A stretch of DNA of 64,000 bases from NCBI GenBank assembly GCA_963662585.1, contig OY759729.1, positions 1,824,001-1,888,000 on the forward strand, in the 5' to 3' direction. Of the stretch, positions 50,032 through 59,579 are shown one piece after another (the first letter of the stretch is position 1; each line of letters begins with the position of its first letter). The notes below the pieces were generated by a model. It searched no databases. It was not told the origin of the DNA and saw only the letters and a program-made list of their open reading frames with translations. The translations under genes were made by a program, and so were the position numbers. Source of the DNA: Candidatus Cloacimonadales bacterium. GTDB taxonomy: Bacteria; Cloacimonadota; Cloacimonadia; Cloacimonadales; JAFGVF01.

Positions 50032-51103
50032 ACCATCATTAAGAACAAATTTATCATTAACTTTATTAGCAGTTTTTGCCATATTACTTTTTATAATTAT
50101 TGGTTTAAGTAAGGGTCCAGATTTTGAAGCACAAAAAAGTGCAGCAGAAAGAATGGAAAGATCTTTTGAGAAAATATCTCTTCAATTTAAAAAACTCGTG
50201 AAAGAAGATAAAGTAAATTGGGATAAGAAAATAGACCCAGACCAATTAGGTTTAATCGGACCAGAGACAAGTCCGATAATCACTAGTAGAGCTGTCTTAA
50301 CAGAAAAACAAAGAGCTATAAATCCTAATTTAGCTGCAGTGTTTGTAAAATGGTTGAAAGAAGCTAAATTACAAGCTGGAGATTTTGTAGCTGTTGGTGT
50401 CAGTGGATCTAGTCCTTCTGTAAACATTGCCCTTTATTCAGCAATGAGAGAATTAGAATTAAAACCAGTAATTATTACTGCTTTAAGTTCATCTCGTTAT
50501 GGAGCTTCTAATGTTAATTTTACCTGGTTAGATATGGAAAAAGCTATTTATAGTGAAACTGGATTCTCAACTTATGCTGCTTCTCGTGGTGGAAATAGAG
50601 ATATTGCTTCTGGTATGAATAGCGAAGGTAAAGAGATACTTGGTGATATTATTCACCAAAATGAACTTCAGTTGATTGAAGGAAACAGAGCTCGTATTGT
50701 AATGTTTGAAAAAGCCTTACCTAAAGGAAAAGAATACAAAGCATTTATTAACATAGGTGCATCAGTTGGTAATGTAGGTTCAGTGGTTTCTGCTGGATTA
50801 TTAAAAGAAGGTGTAAATAGAAGTTTACCTGAATTAGAAGCAAAGGGTGTTTTAGATTATTTCAATGAGAAAAATATTCCGATAATCCATTTCTTCAGAG
50901 GACAAGATACTTTTGATGAATACTATTTGTCAGAAGTAAATGCAGATTCTCAAAAAATCGGTAAAGGTATTGTTTACGGATATAGTTGGACAGTAGCTTT
51001 AGTATCTTTGATATTATTAATTTTAGCAATTGCTTTAGTAATTATCTTTGATAGACATGATAGACATTTTATGGCTAATATTATTAGTCATCGAGAGGAT
51101 TAA
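50024..51103 (+). CDS. Poly-gamma-glutamate system protein (PgsW-like)
   Basis: Follows pgsC; DP..LGLIG, NPNLAA, VAVGVSGS, SSSRYGAS..FTWLDME, FINIG; N- and C-terminal TM helices. Confidence 0.75.
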   Translation: MFRPSLRTNLSLTLLAVFAILLFIIIGLSKGPDFEAQKSAAERMERSFEKISLQFKKLVKEDKVNWDKKIDPDQLGLIGPETSPIITSRAVLTEKQRAINPNLAAVFVKWLKEAKLQAGDFVAVGVSGSSPSVNIALYSAMRELELKPVIITALSSSRYGASNVNFTWLDMEKAIYSETGFSTYAASRGGNRDIASGMNSEGKEILGDIIHQNELQLIEGNRARIVMFEKALPKGKEYKAFINIGASVGNVGSVVSAGLLKEGVNRSLPELEAKGVLDYFNEKNIPIIHFFRGQDTFDEYYLSEVNADSQKIGKGIVYGYSWTVALVSLILLILAIALVIIFDRHDRHFMANIISHRED

Positions 51104-51104
51104 A

Positions 51105-51611
51105 ATGAGAAAAATTCTGATTGTAGGATTTATATTATTAATTTCTAGCTTACTTTTTGCTGAAGGGGATGAGTTTAAATCTAGACACTTAACTCCCTTA
51201 AACAGTGAAGCAGTAATTCAAGTAATTAATAATGATAGTGAGAGTGGTAGAGATTATTTTATCTTTAGTGATACTCTCGCTTTAGAATATGAAGTTGAAG
51301 AAGGTTATGAAGTTTATGGCTTTGTCAGAACTGTAGCTTCAGATGGCTTAGAACCAGATTTAAATATCTATATTGATGAAACTTTATCAATGTTGCTATC
51401 AGTCTTGGTTGATAAATCAATTAAGTACACTTCAAAAGAGTATTCAGACTTATCTAGAGCCAAGAAATTATATATTTCTCCTCAAGATAAAGCATGTAAA
51501 ATTCGCTTAACAACCTCAAGCAAGTTGCCTTTGATGATTAGAATGTACACAAAAAAAGCAACTTTGTTAAATAAATTAGAACTTAAAAATAATTGGGATT
51601 TGAGAATATGA
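51105..51611 (+). CDS. Hypothetical exported (signal peptide) protein
   Basis: MRKILIVGFILLISSLLFA signal peptide; starts 2 nt after the pgsW stop. Confidence 0.7.
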   Translation: MRKILIVGFILLISSLLFAEGDEFKSRHLTPLNSEAVIQVINNDSESGRDYFIFSDTLALEYEVEEGYEVYGFVRTVASDGLEPDLNIYIDETLSMLLSVLVDKSIKYTSKEYSDLSRAKKLYISPQDKACKIRLTTSSKLPLMIRMYTKKATLLNKLELKNNWDLRI

Positions 51612-52603
51612 AGAAATTCTTAGTATTAGCTATTTCCTTGTTTGCAGTTATTAGTCTCTATTCAGAAATCTCTCTAACTTTTACTAATAGCTCATCTTAT
51701 AGCGATAATGTTTTTCAGTTATCAGATAAAGATTTAGATGCTCATGATGCGGGAACTGCTTTCAGTTATATCGAAACCAGTGATGACTTGATAAATAACT
51801 CAAGTTTGAGTATTTATAGCAGAAATCAAATTGGTAAGGTTCGATATGACTTCTTTGTAAGAGGCGCTTATAATGCTTATCTTAAAAATACTGATAAAGC
51901 TAATGCTGCTATCTCAACAGGTTTTGGCATTGATAGTAGAAACTTTAATAGCTCTATTATGTATGGTTATTATCCTGATAACTATGTAAGAAAATATCAA
52001 GATAAAGATGGTTCAGGAGATTATGAAAAATTTGAGTATGATAAAAACTTATATAAATTCGATGCTGAATATAGATTTACTAGAAAGGCTTATCTTTTAG
52101 CTTATCTTAAGTATGAACAATACTATCATAATGAATATTTTACTGAATATGATGGTGATGCTATTACTCCAGGTATCGGACTTAAATACTCCTTCTCTGA
52201 ATTATATTTAGAAGGCTGGTACTACTATCGCAGTTATGAAACTCACGATGAGATAGTGCCTGATGATGAAATCTCTGATCAATCATACGAAAGTAATACC
52301 TATTCAGTTCAATTAAAAATGAAGAAACTTAAAACAAGAAAATTCGAATATCGCCCTGTATTTGATTTCAGATATGAAAAAAGATATTATGATGGATGGG
52401 ATAAATATCATAATGGTAGAGAAGATGATACTATCACTATTAATCCTTCTGTTAAGTTCTATTTAACCGATTATTTGAACATTACTCTTGACTATACTTC
52501 AAAAATAAGGAATGTGTCATCTGAGAGTCAAAGTGTAGAAGACAGCAAATCTTATCAAGAAAACCAGATGTCTATCGCCTTTGAGCTACCGATAAAATTA
52601 TAA
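51608..52603 (+). CDS. Putative outer-membrane beta-barrel protein
   Basis: Signal peptide, Tyr/Phe-rich alternating beta strands, N-terminal YSDNVFQ; ATGA overlap with the previous gene. Confidence 0.65.
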   Translation: MKKFLVLAISLFAVISLYSEISLTFTNSSSYSDNVFQLSDKDLDAHDAGTAFSYIETSDDLINNSSLSIYSRNQIGKVRYDFFVRGAYNAYLKNTDKANAAISTGFGIDSRNFNSSIMYGYYPDNYVRKYQDKDGSGDYEKFEYDKNLYKFDAEYRFTRKAYLLAYLKYEQYYHNEYFTEYDGDAITPGIGLKYSFSELYLEGWYYYRSYETHDEIVPDDEISDQSYESNTYSVQLKMKKLKTRKFEYRPVFDFRYEKRYYDGWDKYHNGREDDTITINPSVKFYLTDYLNITLDYTSKIRNVSSESQSVEDSKSYQENQMSIAFELPIKL

Positions 52604-52618
52604 CTTGAGGTGTACATT

Positions 52619-52894
52619 ATGTTTAAGAGTGAGTCAAACAGAGAGAAGATTAAAGAGTTTCTCTATTTAATCGAGAATGAGAAAGTTGATTTAAAACGCT
52701 TCACTCGACCTGTGTTGGTTTGGACTATTAAAGATCAAAGAGTAGGCTATACTATTTGGGAAGAGGATTTACTCCATAGATTCGGATTGGAAAATGTTGA
52801 TGGTTGGGATTATGATGAAGACATAAGCTTCGCTCCTGACTGGGTTTTAGATGACGACGATTTATTATTCGATGATGATGATGACGATTTTTAA
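52619..52894 (+). CDS. Hypothetical small protein with a highly acidic C-terminus
   Basis: GAGGTG SD before ATG 52619; ends LDDDDLLFDDDDDDF. Confidence 0.7.
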   Translation: MFKSESNREKIKEFLYLIENEKVDLKRFTRPVLVWTIKDQRVGYTIWEEDLLHRFGLENVDGWDYDEDISFAPDWVLDDDDLLFDDDDDDF

Positions 52895-52920
52895 AATTAA
52901 AAAGAAAAACTGAGATTATA

Positions 52921-52950
52921 AGCAAGAGTGTGTAAGAACACTCTTGTTTT
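52921..52950 (+). terminator. Intrinsic terminator-like hairpin ending the pgs operon
   Basis: CAAGAGTGT gtaaga ACACTCTTG then TTTT. Confidence 0.65.
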
Positions 52951-52974
52951 ATTATAGGACAAGAGAAGGAAAAT

Positions 52975-53985
52975 ATGAATATTGCAATAATTGGTGGTGG
53001 AAGCTGGGGATTAGCCCTCTCTAACCTACTTTTCGATAACGGACATCAAGTTAAGGTGTGGGAATATAATTCTGAATTCGTTAATTTAATCAAGAATACT
53101 GGAAAAAATGAGATTTTCTTACCAAACATTCTCATTGAAGCAGAAGTTAGCGACTCCTTAACAGAGGTAATTACTCCAGCATGTGAAATGGTAATTCTTG
53201 CAACTCCATCTTCTTTTCTCAAGCAAATTCTAAAAGAAATTTCCCCTATTTTAGATAAATTAAACAATTTGAAATATATTATTAATGTTGCTAAAGGATT
53301 TGACCACTCTAATGGTGATATTCTCTCTGAAATGATAAGGAAAGAATTACCCCAAAAATATAGCAAACTAATCTGTGTACTCTCAGGCCCTAGTCATGCT
53401 GAAGAAGTTGCTACTAAAAAGCCAACCACTGTAACGATTGCAGGCGAAGATCTCTTATATCTCAAAGAGGCTCAAGAAGCTTTCAGTAATGACTATTTTC
53501 GCGTTTATAGCACAACAGACATCATAGGTGTAGAACTGGGGGGTGCTCTAAAAAATGTGATAGCCATGGCTGCAGGAATTGTTGTAGGCTTAGGTTTTGG
53601 AGATAATACTCTAGGTGCTCTCCTTACCAGAGGTAATGTAGAAATTAAGAGACTCTCTGTAGCATTAGGTGCTAAACCTGAAACACTAGACGGCTTAGCT
53701 GGTATCGGTGATTTAATAACCACAGCTATCTCTCCCCATAGTAGAAACAGATTCGTAGGAGTTGAACTGGGTAAAGGCAGAGATTTACAGGATATTTTAG
53801 CCGGAATGAAGATGGTGGCTGAAGGTGTCTTAGCAACTAATACTGCTTATATGCTAGCTGAGAAACTCAATATCGAAATGCCTATTGTGGAAGCTACTTA
53901 CAAAATTCTACAAAGTGAAATATCTGCTCGAGATGCAATAAGACAATTGATGCTCAGAGACTTAAAAAGCGAAAGGTGGATGTAA
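52975..53985 (+). CDS. gpsA: NAD(P)H-dependent glycerol-3-phosphate dehydrogenase
   Basis: IIGGGSWG, SGPSHAEEV, GGALKNV, GLAGIGDL, SRN, VAEG. Confidence 0.95.
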   Translation: MNIAIIGGGSWGLALSNLLFDNGHQVKVWEYNSEFVNLIKNTGKNEIFLPNILIEAEVSDSLTEVITPACEMVILATPSSFLKQILKEISPILDKLNNLKYIINVAKGFDHSNGDILSEMIRKELPQKYSKLICVLSGPSHAEEVATKKPTTVTIAGEDLLYLKEAQEAFSNDYFRVYSTTDIIGVELGGALKNVIAMAAGIVVGLGFGDNTLGALLTRGNVEIKRLSVALGAKPETLDGLAGIGDLITTAISPHSRNRFVGVELGKGRDLQDILAGMKMVAEGVLATNTAYMLAEKLNIEMPIVEATYKILQSEISARDAIRQLMLRDLKSERWM

Positions 53986-54953
53986 GAGAATTGAGAATTG
54001 AGAATTGAGAATTCAGAATTGAGAATTGAGAATGGAGAATTTAGAATTAAAAGATGAGGGGCTTCTTAACTGGGAATGTGGGCTTCCAGCCCGCATCATT
54101 GCGAGGCAATGATATATCTTCAAACCCCAAGGGATTAAATAAAAAAGCAGGTTGAAATACAGCCTGATGGCTTCACGGACTAAAGGTCCGTAACCCCAGT
54201 TAATCACTAAAGATGATAGCTTACAGCATGATAATCCCTCTTCTGCCGGATTGTGGACAACCTGAAGACCGGAGTTCCTCAGCCGTAGGCAAGGGACTTC
54301 GGACGAAGAAATTTGTCTGTCGGAAGTAGCTATTCCGTAAAATTGCTTAAAAATCTAGAAATCCCTGTATCTAATGTAGAAGCAGAAACGCTTCCACTTT
54401 ATAGAAGAAAACACCCCCTGTATCCCCCTCGCGGAGGGGGATTTAAGATTCACGGACTAAAGGTCCGTAACCCCAGTTAATCACTAAAGATGATAGCTTA
54501 CAGCATGATAATCCCTCTTCTGCCGGATTGTGGACAACCTGAAGACCGGAGTTCCTCAGCCGTAGGCAAGGGACTTCGGACGAAGAAATTTGTCTGTCGG
54601 AAGTAGCTATTCCGTAAAATTGCTTAAAAATCTAGAAATCCCTGTATCTAATGTAGAAGCAGAAACGCTTCCACTTTATAGAAGAAAACACCCCCTGTAT
54701 CCCCCTCACAGAGGGGGATTTAAAAACACCCCGTCTGCTTCGCAGCCACCCCTCTTTTATCGTGCCTTCAGCACTAAAGAGGGGAGTTTAAGATTCACGG
54801 ACTAAAGATCCGTAACCCCAGTTAATCACTAAAGAGGGGGATTTAAGATTCACGGACTAAAGATCAGTAACCCCAGTTAATCACTAAAGAGGGGGATTTA
54901 AGATTCACGGACTAAAGGTCCGTAACCCCAGTTATTAAATTATTTAGGATGGA
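53986..54953 (+). repeat. Repeat array E: 9 heptamers, then two 277-bp tandem units (54172, 54449), then ~3 55-bp units (54794, 54849, 54904)
   Basis: Directly visible periodicity; shares hairpin modules with arrays A, C and D. Confidence 0.9.
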
Positions 54954-55161
54954 CAATTAGCTTGCCCTTTTGATTTATTATGGAATGGGGGCTATTCAGT
55001 GTATTATCTTCTTCGTGAAATTCATGAAAATGTAAGCAAGGGGCTTATTTTCGTAGAGATAAATAATAATACAAATATGTCTGTTAGCATTTTTTAGATT
55101 TATTCTTTGACAAAATATAGTCCTATAATAAACTTTTCCCAAAAGTACCAAAAGGATAATC

Positions 55162-56319
55162 ATGATAAGTCATAATGTAGTTACAGAATATATATCAGTC
55201 TTTATTTTAGCCTTTGTTTTAGTGTATAGTATTACACCATGGATAATCAAATTAGCGCACAAAATTAACTTTGTGGATAACCCTAATGCTAGGAAAATTC
55301 ATAAAACAGCAATACCCTTGATGGGGGGATTAAGTGTTTTTATTGGATTTATTGCCTTAGTGGTCTATGATGTTGTTATTGTATCTGATAGAGTGTTTAA
55401 TATGAGGTTGATAGGCTATTTATTAGGGGCTTTGGTCATAGTGATTGTTGGGGTAATTGATGATAAGCGTGGAATGAACCCAGTTGTTAAGCTAGGTGGT
55501 CAATTCTTAGCTTGTTCCTTATTCATCTTTACTAATTTCGGAACAGTTACTTACTTTAATTTACCGCTATTCAATGATGTTTCATTTCCTATGATATTAT
55601 TGAGTAACGATATTATGTTCAACAATTATTTTTCAATACCTATATTGTATATTTGGATGATAGGTCTGATGAATGCTACCAACTTTTTGGATAATATGGA
55701 TGGGATGATTACAGGTATTTCATCAATCATTGCCTTAGGTTTTTTTGCATTCAGTATGATCATTAATCCTGATAATAGTAGTTCAGCTTTGTGGCTCAGT
55801 TTGATGGGATTACTTTCACTATCTTATGCTGGAGCTGTTCTAGGCTTCTTGCCTTATAATTTTAATCCTGCCAAAATTTTCTTAGGAGATGCTGGTTCCA
55901 TGTTTATAGGTTACTTTATCTCTTCTATGGGGATATTGATGGCCAACTTTGCTTCTTTGCAATTCCAGAGTAAATGGTTCTATCTTTTACCGGTTATTTT
56001 AATAAGTTACGCAATATTTGATATTTGCTTTGTTAGTATAACAAGGAAAAGGGATGGAAGGTTAGTTTGGCAAGGAGGAAAAGATCATACTACACATAGA
56101 ATAAAGAACTTATTAGATTCTGTAAAAGTAACAGCTTTATTGATTTATGCAATTAATATTATTGTAGTTATTTTAACTATAATGGTTACTTTAATTGGAA
56201 GTTATGAGCTGTTATTAGCGATATTGGTTATCTGCTCAATATGCTATGTATTGCTAGGAAGAAGGCTGTATGCAGTAGAAGTAGAGATACCGGCTAATCA
56301 ATTAAAGAAAAGAGTTTAA
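55162..56319 (+). CDS. MraY/WecA-family undecaprenyl-phosphate sugar-1-phosphate transferase
   Basis: VDNPNARKIH..IPLMGG, GVIDD, NATNFLDNMDG, YNFNPAKIFLGDAGS, DHTTHR. Confidence 0.9.
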   Translation: MISHNVVTEYISVFILAFVLVYSITPWIIKLAHKINFVDNPNARKIHKTAIPLMGGLSVFIGFIALVVYDVVIVSDRVFNMRLIGYLLGALVIVIVGVIDDKRGMNPVVKLGGQFLACSLFIFTNFGTVTYFNLPLFNDVSFPMILLSNDIMFNNYFSIPILYIWMIGLMNATNFLDNMDGMITGISSIIALGFFAFSMIINPDNSSSALWLSLMGLLSLSYAGAVLGFLPYNFNPAKIFLGDAGSMFIGYFISSMGILMANFASLQFQSKWFYLLPVILISYAIFDICFVSITRKRDGRLVWQGGKDHTTHRIKNLLDSVKVTALLIYAINIIVVILTIMVTLIGSYELLLAILVICSICYVLLGRRLYAVEVEIPANQLKKRV

Positions 56320-56320
56320 G

Positions 56321-57058
56321 ATGAAATTAACAATTCTTGGGACAGCCCCCGGAAAATCAATATTAGGTAAAAGTCATACTTCATATTTATTGGAAGATGA
56401 TGAAAAGAAATTCCTAATTGATTGCGGAGAGGGAACAACTCAGAAATTGTTAGAAAAGAATCTTGCTGGGGATGAATTAGATTTGATAATAATATCTCAT
56501 TTCCATCCAGATCATATTACAGGCTTATTTATTCTTTTACAAACTCTCTATTTAAATAAGAGAAGAAAAGATCTTTTCCTATTTTTACCTGAAAGTGTAG
56601 GGGAATTTGAAGCATTTTTAAAAACAGTATATATATTTAATGATAGATTTAGTTATAATATTAATATTCAGTTGTATGATGAGAATAGTTTTACTGATAT
56701 TGGCATTTATCCTTTTAAGAATACACACTTAATTGGTTATAAGAGTATTGTAGATAAGTATAATTTGCCCAATAGGTTATTATCATACTCATTTATTATT
56801 GAAGGAGAGAGAAGAAGTTTATTATTATCTTCAGATATAAGATCCTTAGAAGATATTAATGAGCAAGTGCAGAGATGTGAGGTTTTGGTTTTAGATGGAA
56901 TTCATCCTTCATCTCAATCAATAGAAGAGTTATTAAAAGAGAGCAACACAGAGGTTTATATTACACATGGAGATTATTCAAATTTACAAGAAAAGTTTGC
57001 TGAACTACTCAGCGACCAAATTAAATTGGCAGAAGAAAATGATGAAATATTTCTATAA
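56321..57058 (+). CDS. MBL-fold metallohydrolase, RNase Z-like
   Basis: LTILGT, LIDCGEG, SHFHPDH. Confidence 0.8.
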   Translation: MKLTILGTAPGKSILGKSHTSYLLEDDEKKFLIDCGEGTTQKLLEKNLAGDELDLIIISHFHPDHITGLFILLQTLYLNKRRKDLFLFLPESVGEFEAFLKTVYIFNDRFSYNINIQLYDENSFTDIGIYPFKNTHLIGYKSIVDKYNLPNRLLSYSFIIEGERRSLLLSSDIRSLEDINEQVQRCEVLVLDGIHPSSQSIEELLKESNTEVYITHGDYSNLQEKFAELLSDQIKLAEENDEIFL

Positions 57059-58556
57059 ATCATTGCTAATTTCAATTCTGTTAATTATTTTTAGTGGATG
57101 CGAATCTAATAGATATCGCAACGCTACTTCTTCCTATTATCAAGGTAGATACACAGTTTCTATAGAAGAGATTGATACTTATCTTAAAGAGGCAAGTAAT
57201 GGAGCATATAAAACAAATGCTGAATTAATAAGAAGCAAGTCTTATTATAAGCTAGCCTTAAGAGCCTATGAATCAGATAATCTAGCTCTTGCTACTAGAT
57301 TCGCTATTTTAGCAAACTCAGCAACTACTGATTCACTATTAGCCAGATGCTATTATGATTTTGCCAAAGTCTCTTTTTCTAAAAATGATAAGGAAAAAGG
57401 ATTTGAGTTTTATAATCAGATTCTTTTAGAAATTCCTGAATCCCGTTTCACACCTGAAATTATTTACACAAAAATGAAAGATAGCTATACTACTAATCCT
57501 AATAATTACTTAGAAGCATGGGAATATTATAAACAATTCTGCCCTAAGTACAGGGATAACAATTATGAAAAAGAGGCTCGTAAAATAGTCCTCGAATTTT
57601 CACCTCAATATATTTCTGATGCTCTAAGTGCTGATTCTCAGGTTGGTTTAGAGAAGTTATTAGAGCTAGTTAAATATCCTGTTGGAAATACAAGAGAAAC
57701 TAATGGTGCAATATCCCAGATATATATAAGAATGGCAGAAGAAAATATTACAGAGAATAACTTTATTGAAGCAGATAATAACTTCAAGGCTGCTGTTTAT
57801 TACGACTCTTCTGTAAAAGATTTTGTTAAAAAAAGATTATTAGATACGGCTGAACAATATATTATTAGTGGTCAAGAGTATGTTCGACAAAGGGATTTTG
57901 AAAATGCCTTTCTTCTTTTCAATCGGACATTTGATGTTATTCCTGGTTATAAAAAAGCTCTTAACGCTATTCAAGAAACCACAGAACTTCTCAGTAGAAT
58001 TGAACAAGCTAAAGAATTATACGATGAAGGTCAAAAATTGGAAAAAGCTAATTTGAGAAATATCTTCCCTGGAGTGAAAGTGAAACTTTCAGTTACTGAA
58101 AGAAATAATTTCGAGATTAAAAGGTTCGAAAAAATACTAGCTATTTATCAAAAAGCCTATAATTTAGATCCACTACCACAATATAAACAACAAATTTCCT
58201 ATACTACTAACATTATTAAATACTTTAAAAACCCTGATGAATTCGCTGTAGAAATATTAAAAGAGTATAAATCTTTTATAGTTGAAAAAGCCATTAATGA
58301 AGCGAGAGAATATCTGTTAACAAATATTACCTCTTCTGCATTGACAGATACAGGTTGGGAGGTTTTAGTCGCTTCAGGAAGTTACCAATATGAAGTTAGA
58401 TATACATTGATAAGTTTATCTAAGAAATTCTATTTTAGATGGTTAGTTAACTTAAAGAACAAAGAGATTACTGCTCTTAACAGTCTGTCAGAAGAGGCAC
58501 TGAAAGGTAAATTCGTAATAAATGAAGAGGAAAAAGAGAATGAAAATATCGACTAA
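57039..58556 (+). CDS. TPR-like helical repeat lipoprotein
   Basis: Lipobox FSGC; Tyr/Ala-rich helical repeats. Confidence 0.7.
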   Translation: MMKYFYKSLLISILLIIFSGCESNRYRNATSSYYQGRYTVSIEEIDTYLKEASNGAYKTNAELIRSKSYYKLALRAYESDNLALATRFAILANSATTDSLLARCYYDFAKVSFSKNDKEKGFEFYNQILLEIPESRFTPEIIYTKMKDSYTTNPNNYLEAWEYYKQFCPKYRDNNYEKEARKIVLEFSPQYISDALSADSQVGLEKLLELVKYPVGNTRETNGAISQIYIRMAEENITENNFIEADNNFKAAVYYDSSVKDFVKKRLLDTAEQYIISGQEYVRQRDFENAFLLFNRTFDVIPGYKKALNAIQETTELLSRIEQAKELYDEGQKLEKANLRNIFPGVKVKLSVTERNNFEIKRFEKILAIYQKAYNLDPLPQYKQQISYTTNIIKYFKNPDEFAVEILKEYKSFIVEKAINEAREYLLTNITSSALTDTGWEVLVASGSYQYEVRYTLISLSKKFYFRWLVNLKNKEITALNSLSEEALKGKFVINEEEKENENID

Positions 58557-59130
58557 ATATTTTGCCCTAATTATCTGTTTAATGATAACTTTTCTTCAAC
58601 TTCCTGCTCAAGGTTTTGATTTAAATAAATTTTCTAACCCTAAGAAATACGGTTGGGAAGATTATAGTGATAGAAATGAATATCGACAAGATTTAATAGA
58701 GAGACAAGAGTTACTTCAGCTTTATGAAATTAAGGCAAAATCTATTTCATATACTATGGCTAAATCTGCGATATTCCCTGGATGGGGACATTATAGTATT
58801 GAATCCTACTCTAAAGGTCATACCTTCTTAACAGGTGGAGTAATCCTTGCTGGAGCTGGATTATACTTCTACTCTCGTTCCCAAGATTACTATAAGAATT
58901 ACAAAAATGCTAGTCAAATTGATGTGATTAATAGTAATTATGATAAAGCTGAACAGAACTATAATACTTCAATGATTTTCTTAGCAGCTTATGCTATTTT
59001 ATGGAGTTATAATCTTTACGATAGTTCCGAAAGTACCGAAAAATATAATGCCAACCTCTGGGAAGATTTAATGAATAATAGATTTGATAATATTTCTTTA
59101 ACTCCAGGTGGTTTAGAGGTGAGATTCTAA
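58540..59130 (+). CDS. Hypothetical exported/membrane protein (SAIFPGWG motif)
   Basis: Signal peptide, SAIFPGWGH, two hydrophobic helices, YNLYD, C-terminal Phe. Confidence 0.65.
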   Translation: MKISTKYFALIICLMITFLQLPAQGFDLNKFSNPKKYGWEDYSDRNEYRQDLIERQELLQLYEIKAKSISYTMAKSAIFPGWGHYSIESYSKGHTFLTGGVILAGAGLYFYSRSQDYYKNYKNASQIDVINSNYDKAEQNYNTSMIFLAAYAILWSYNLYDSSESTEKYNANLWEDLMNNRFDNISLTPGGLEVRF

Positions 59131-59570
59131 TGAAAAATATTCTAAAACTAATAGTAATTGTCTTCGTGATATCAATGATAGCTTGTGGACTTGATAGATC
59201 TAATCCTTTAGATCCTGAGAATGGAAATATAGATACGCCTAAGTTAGTTACTGGAATAGAGCTTAGCTGTAGTGGGCAAGGGGCAATTAATAAATTTGTG
59301 ACTATCAATTGGGAACCACTCCAGTTTAATGAATCTAACGGATACTTTATTTACCGTTCTCAATCTTATGATGGTACCTATGATAGAATAACTGTTGTGA
59401 GAGATAATCAACAGTCTTCTTACACTGATAGTGATAAAATAATTCCTGGAGCATATTTTTACAAGATGTCTTCCTTCGTTTATCTAAATCCAGCGAACCC
59501 TAATGATAATGAAAGACTTGAAGGACCTCTTAATAGACCAGGTGAGCCTGGTATTATGGTTCCCCAATAG
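59130..59570 (+). CDS. Lipoprotein with a fibronectin type III-like domain
   Basis: Lipobox MIAC, RSNPLDP, W...GYFIYRS...YTD...YFYKM. Confidence 0.7.
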   Translation: MKNILKLIVIVFVISMIACGLDRSNPLDPENGNIDTPKLVTGIELSCSGQGAINKFVTINWEPLQFNESNGYFIYRSQSYDGTYDRITVVRDNQQSSYTDSDKIIPGAYFYKMSSFVYLNPANPNDNERLEGPLNRPGEPGIMVPQ

Positions 59571-59579
59571 GATATTAAT

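Noticed and set aside
54172..54935. Possible CRISPR array (~30-bp palindromic repeat recurring)
   Set aside because: Intervening sequences are identical duplicates or very unequal in length (about 25 versus 250 nt) rather than unique spacers; no cas genes are in the window.
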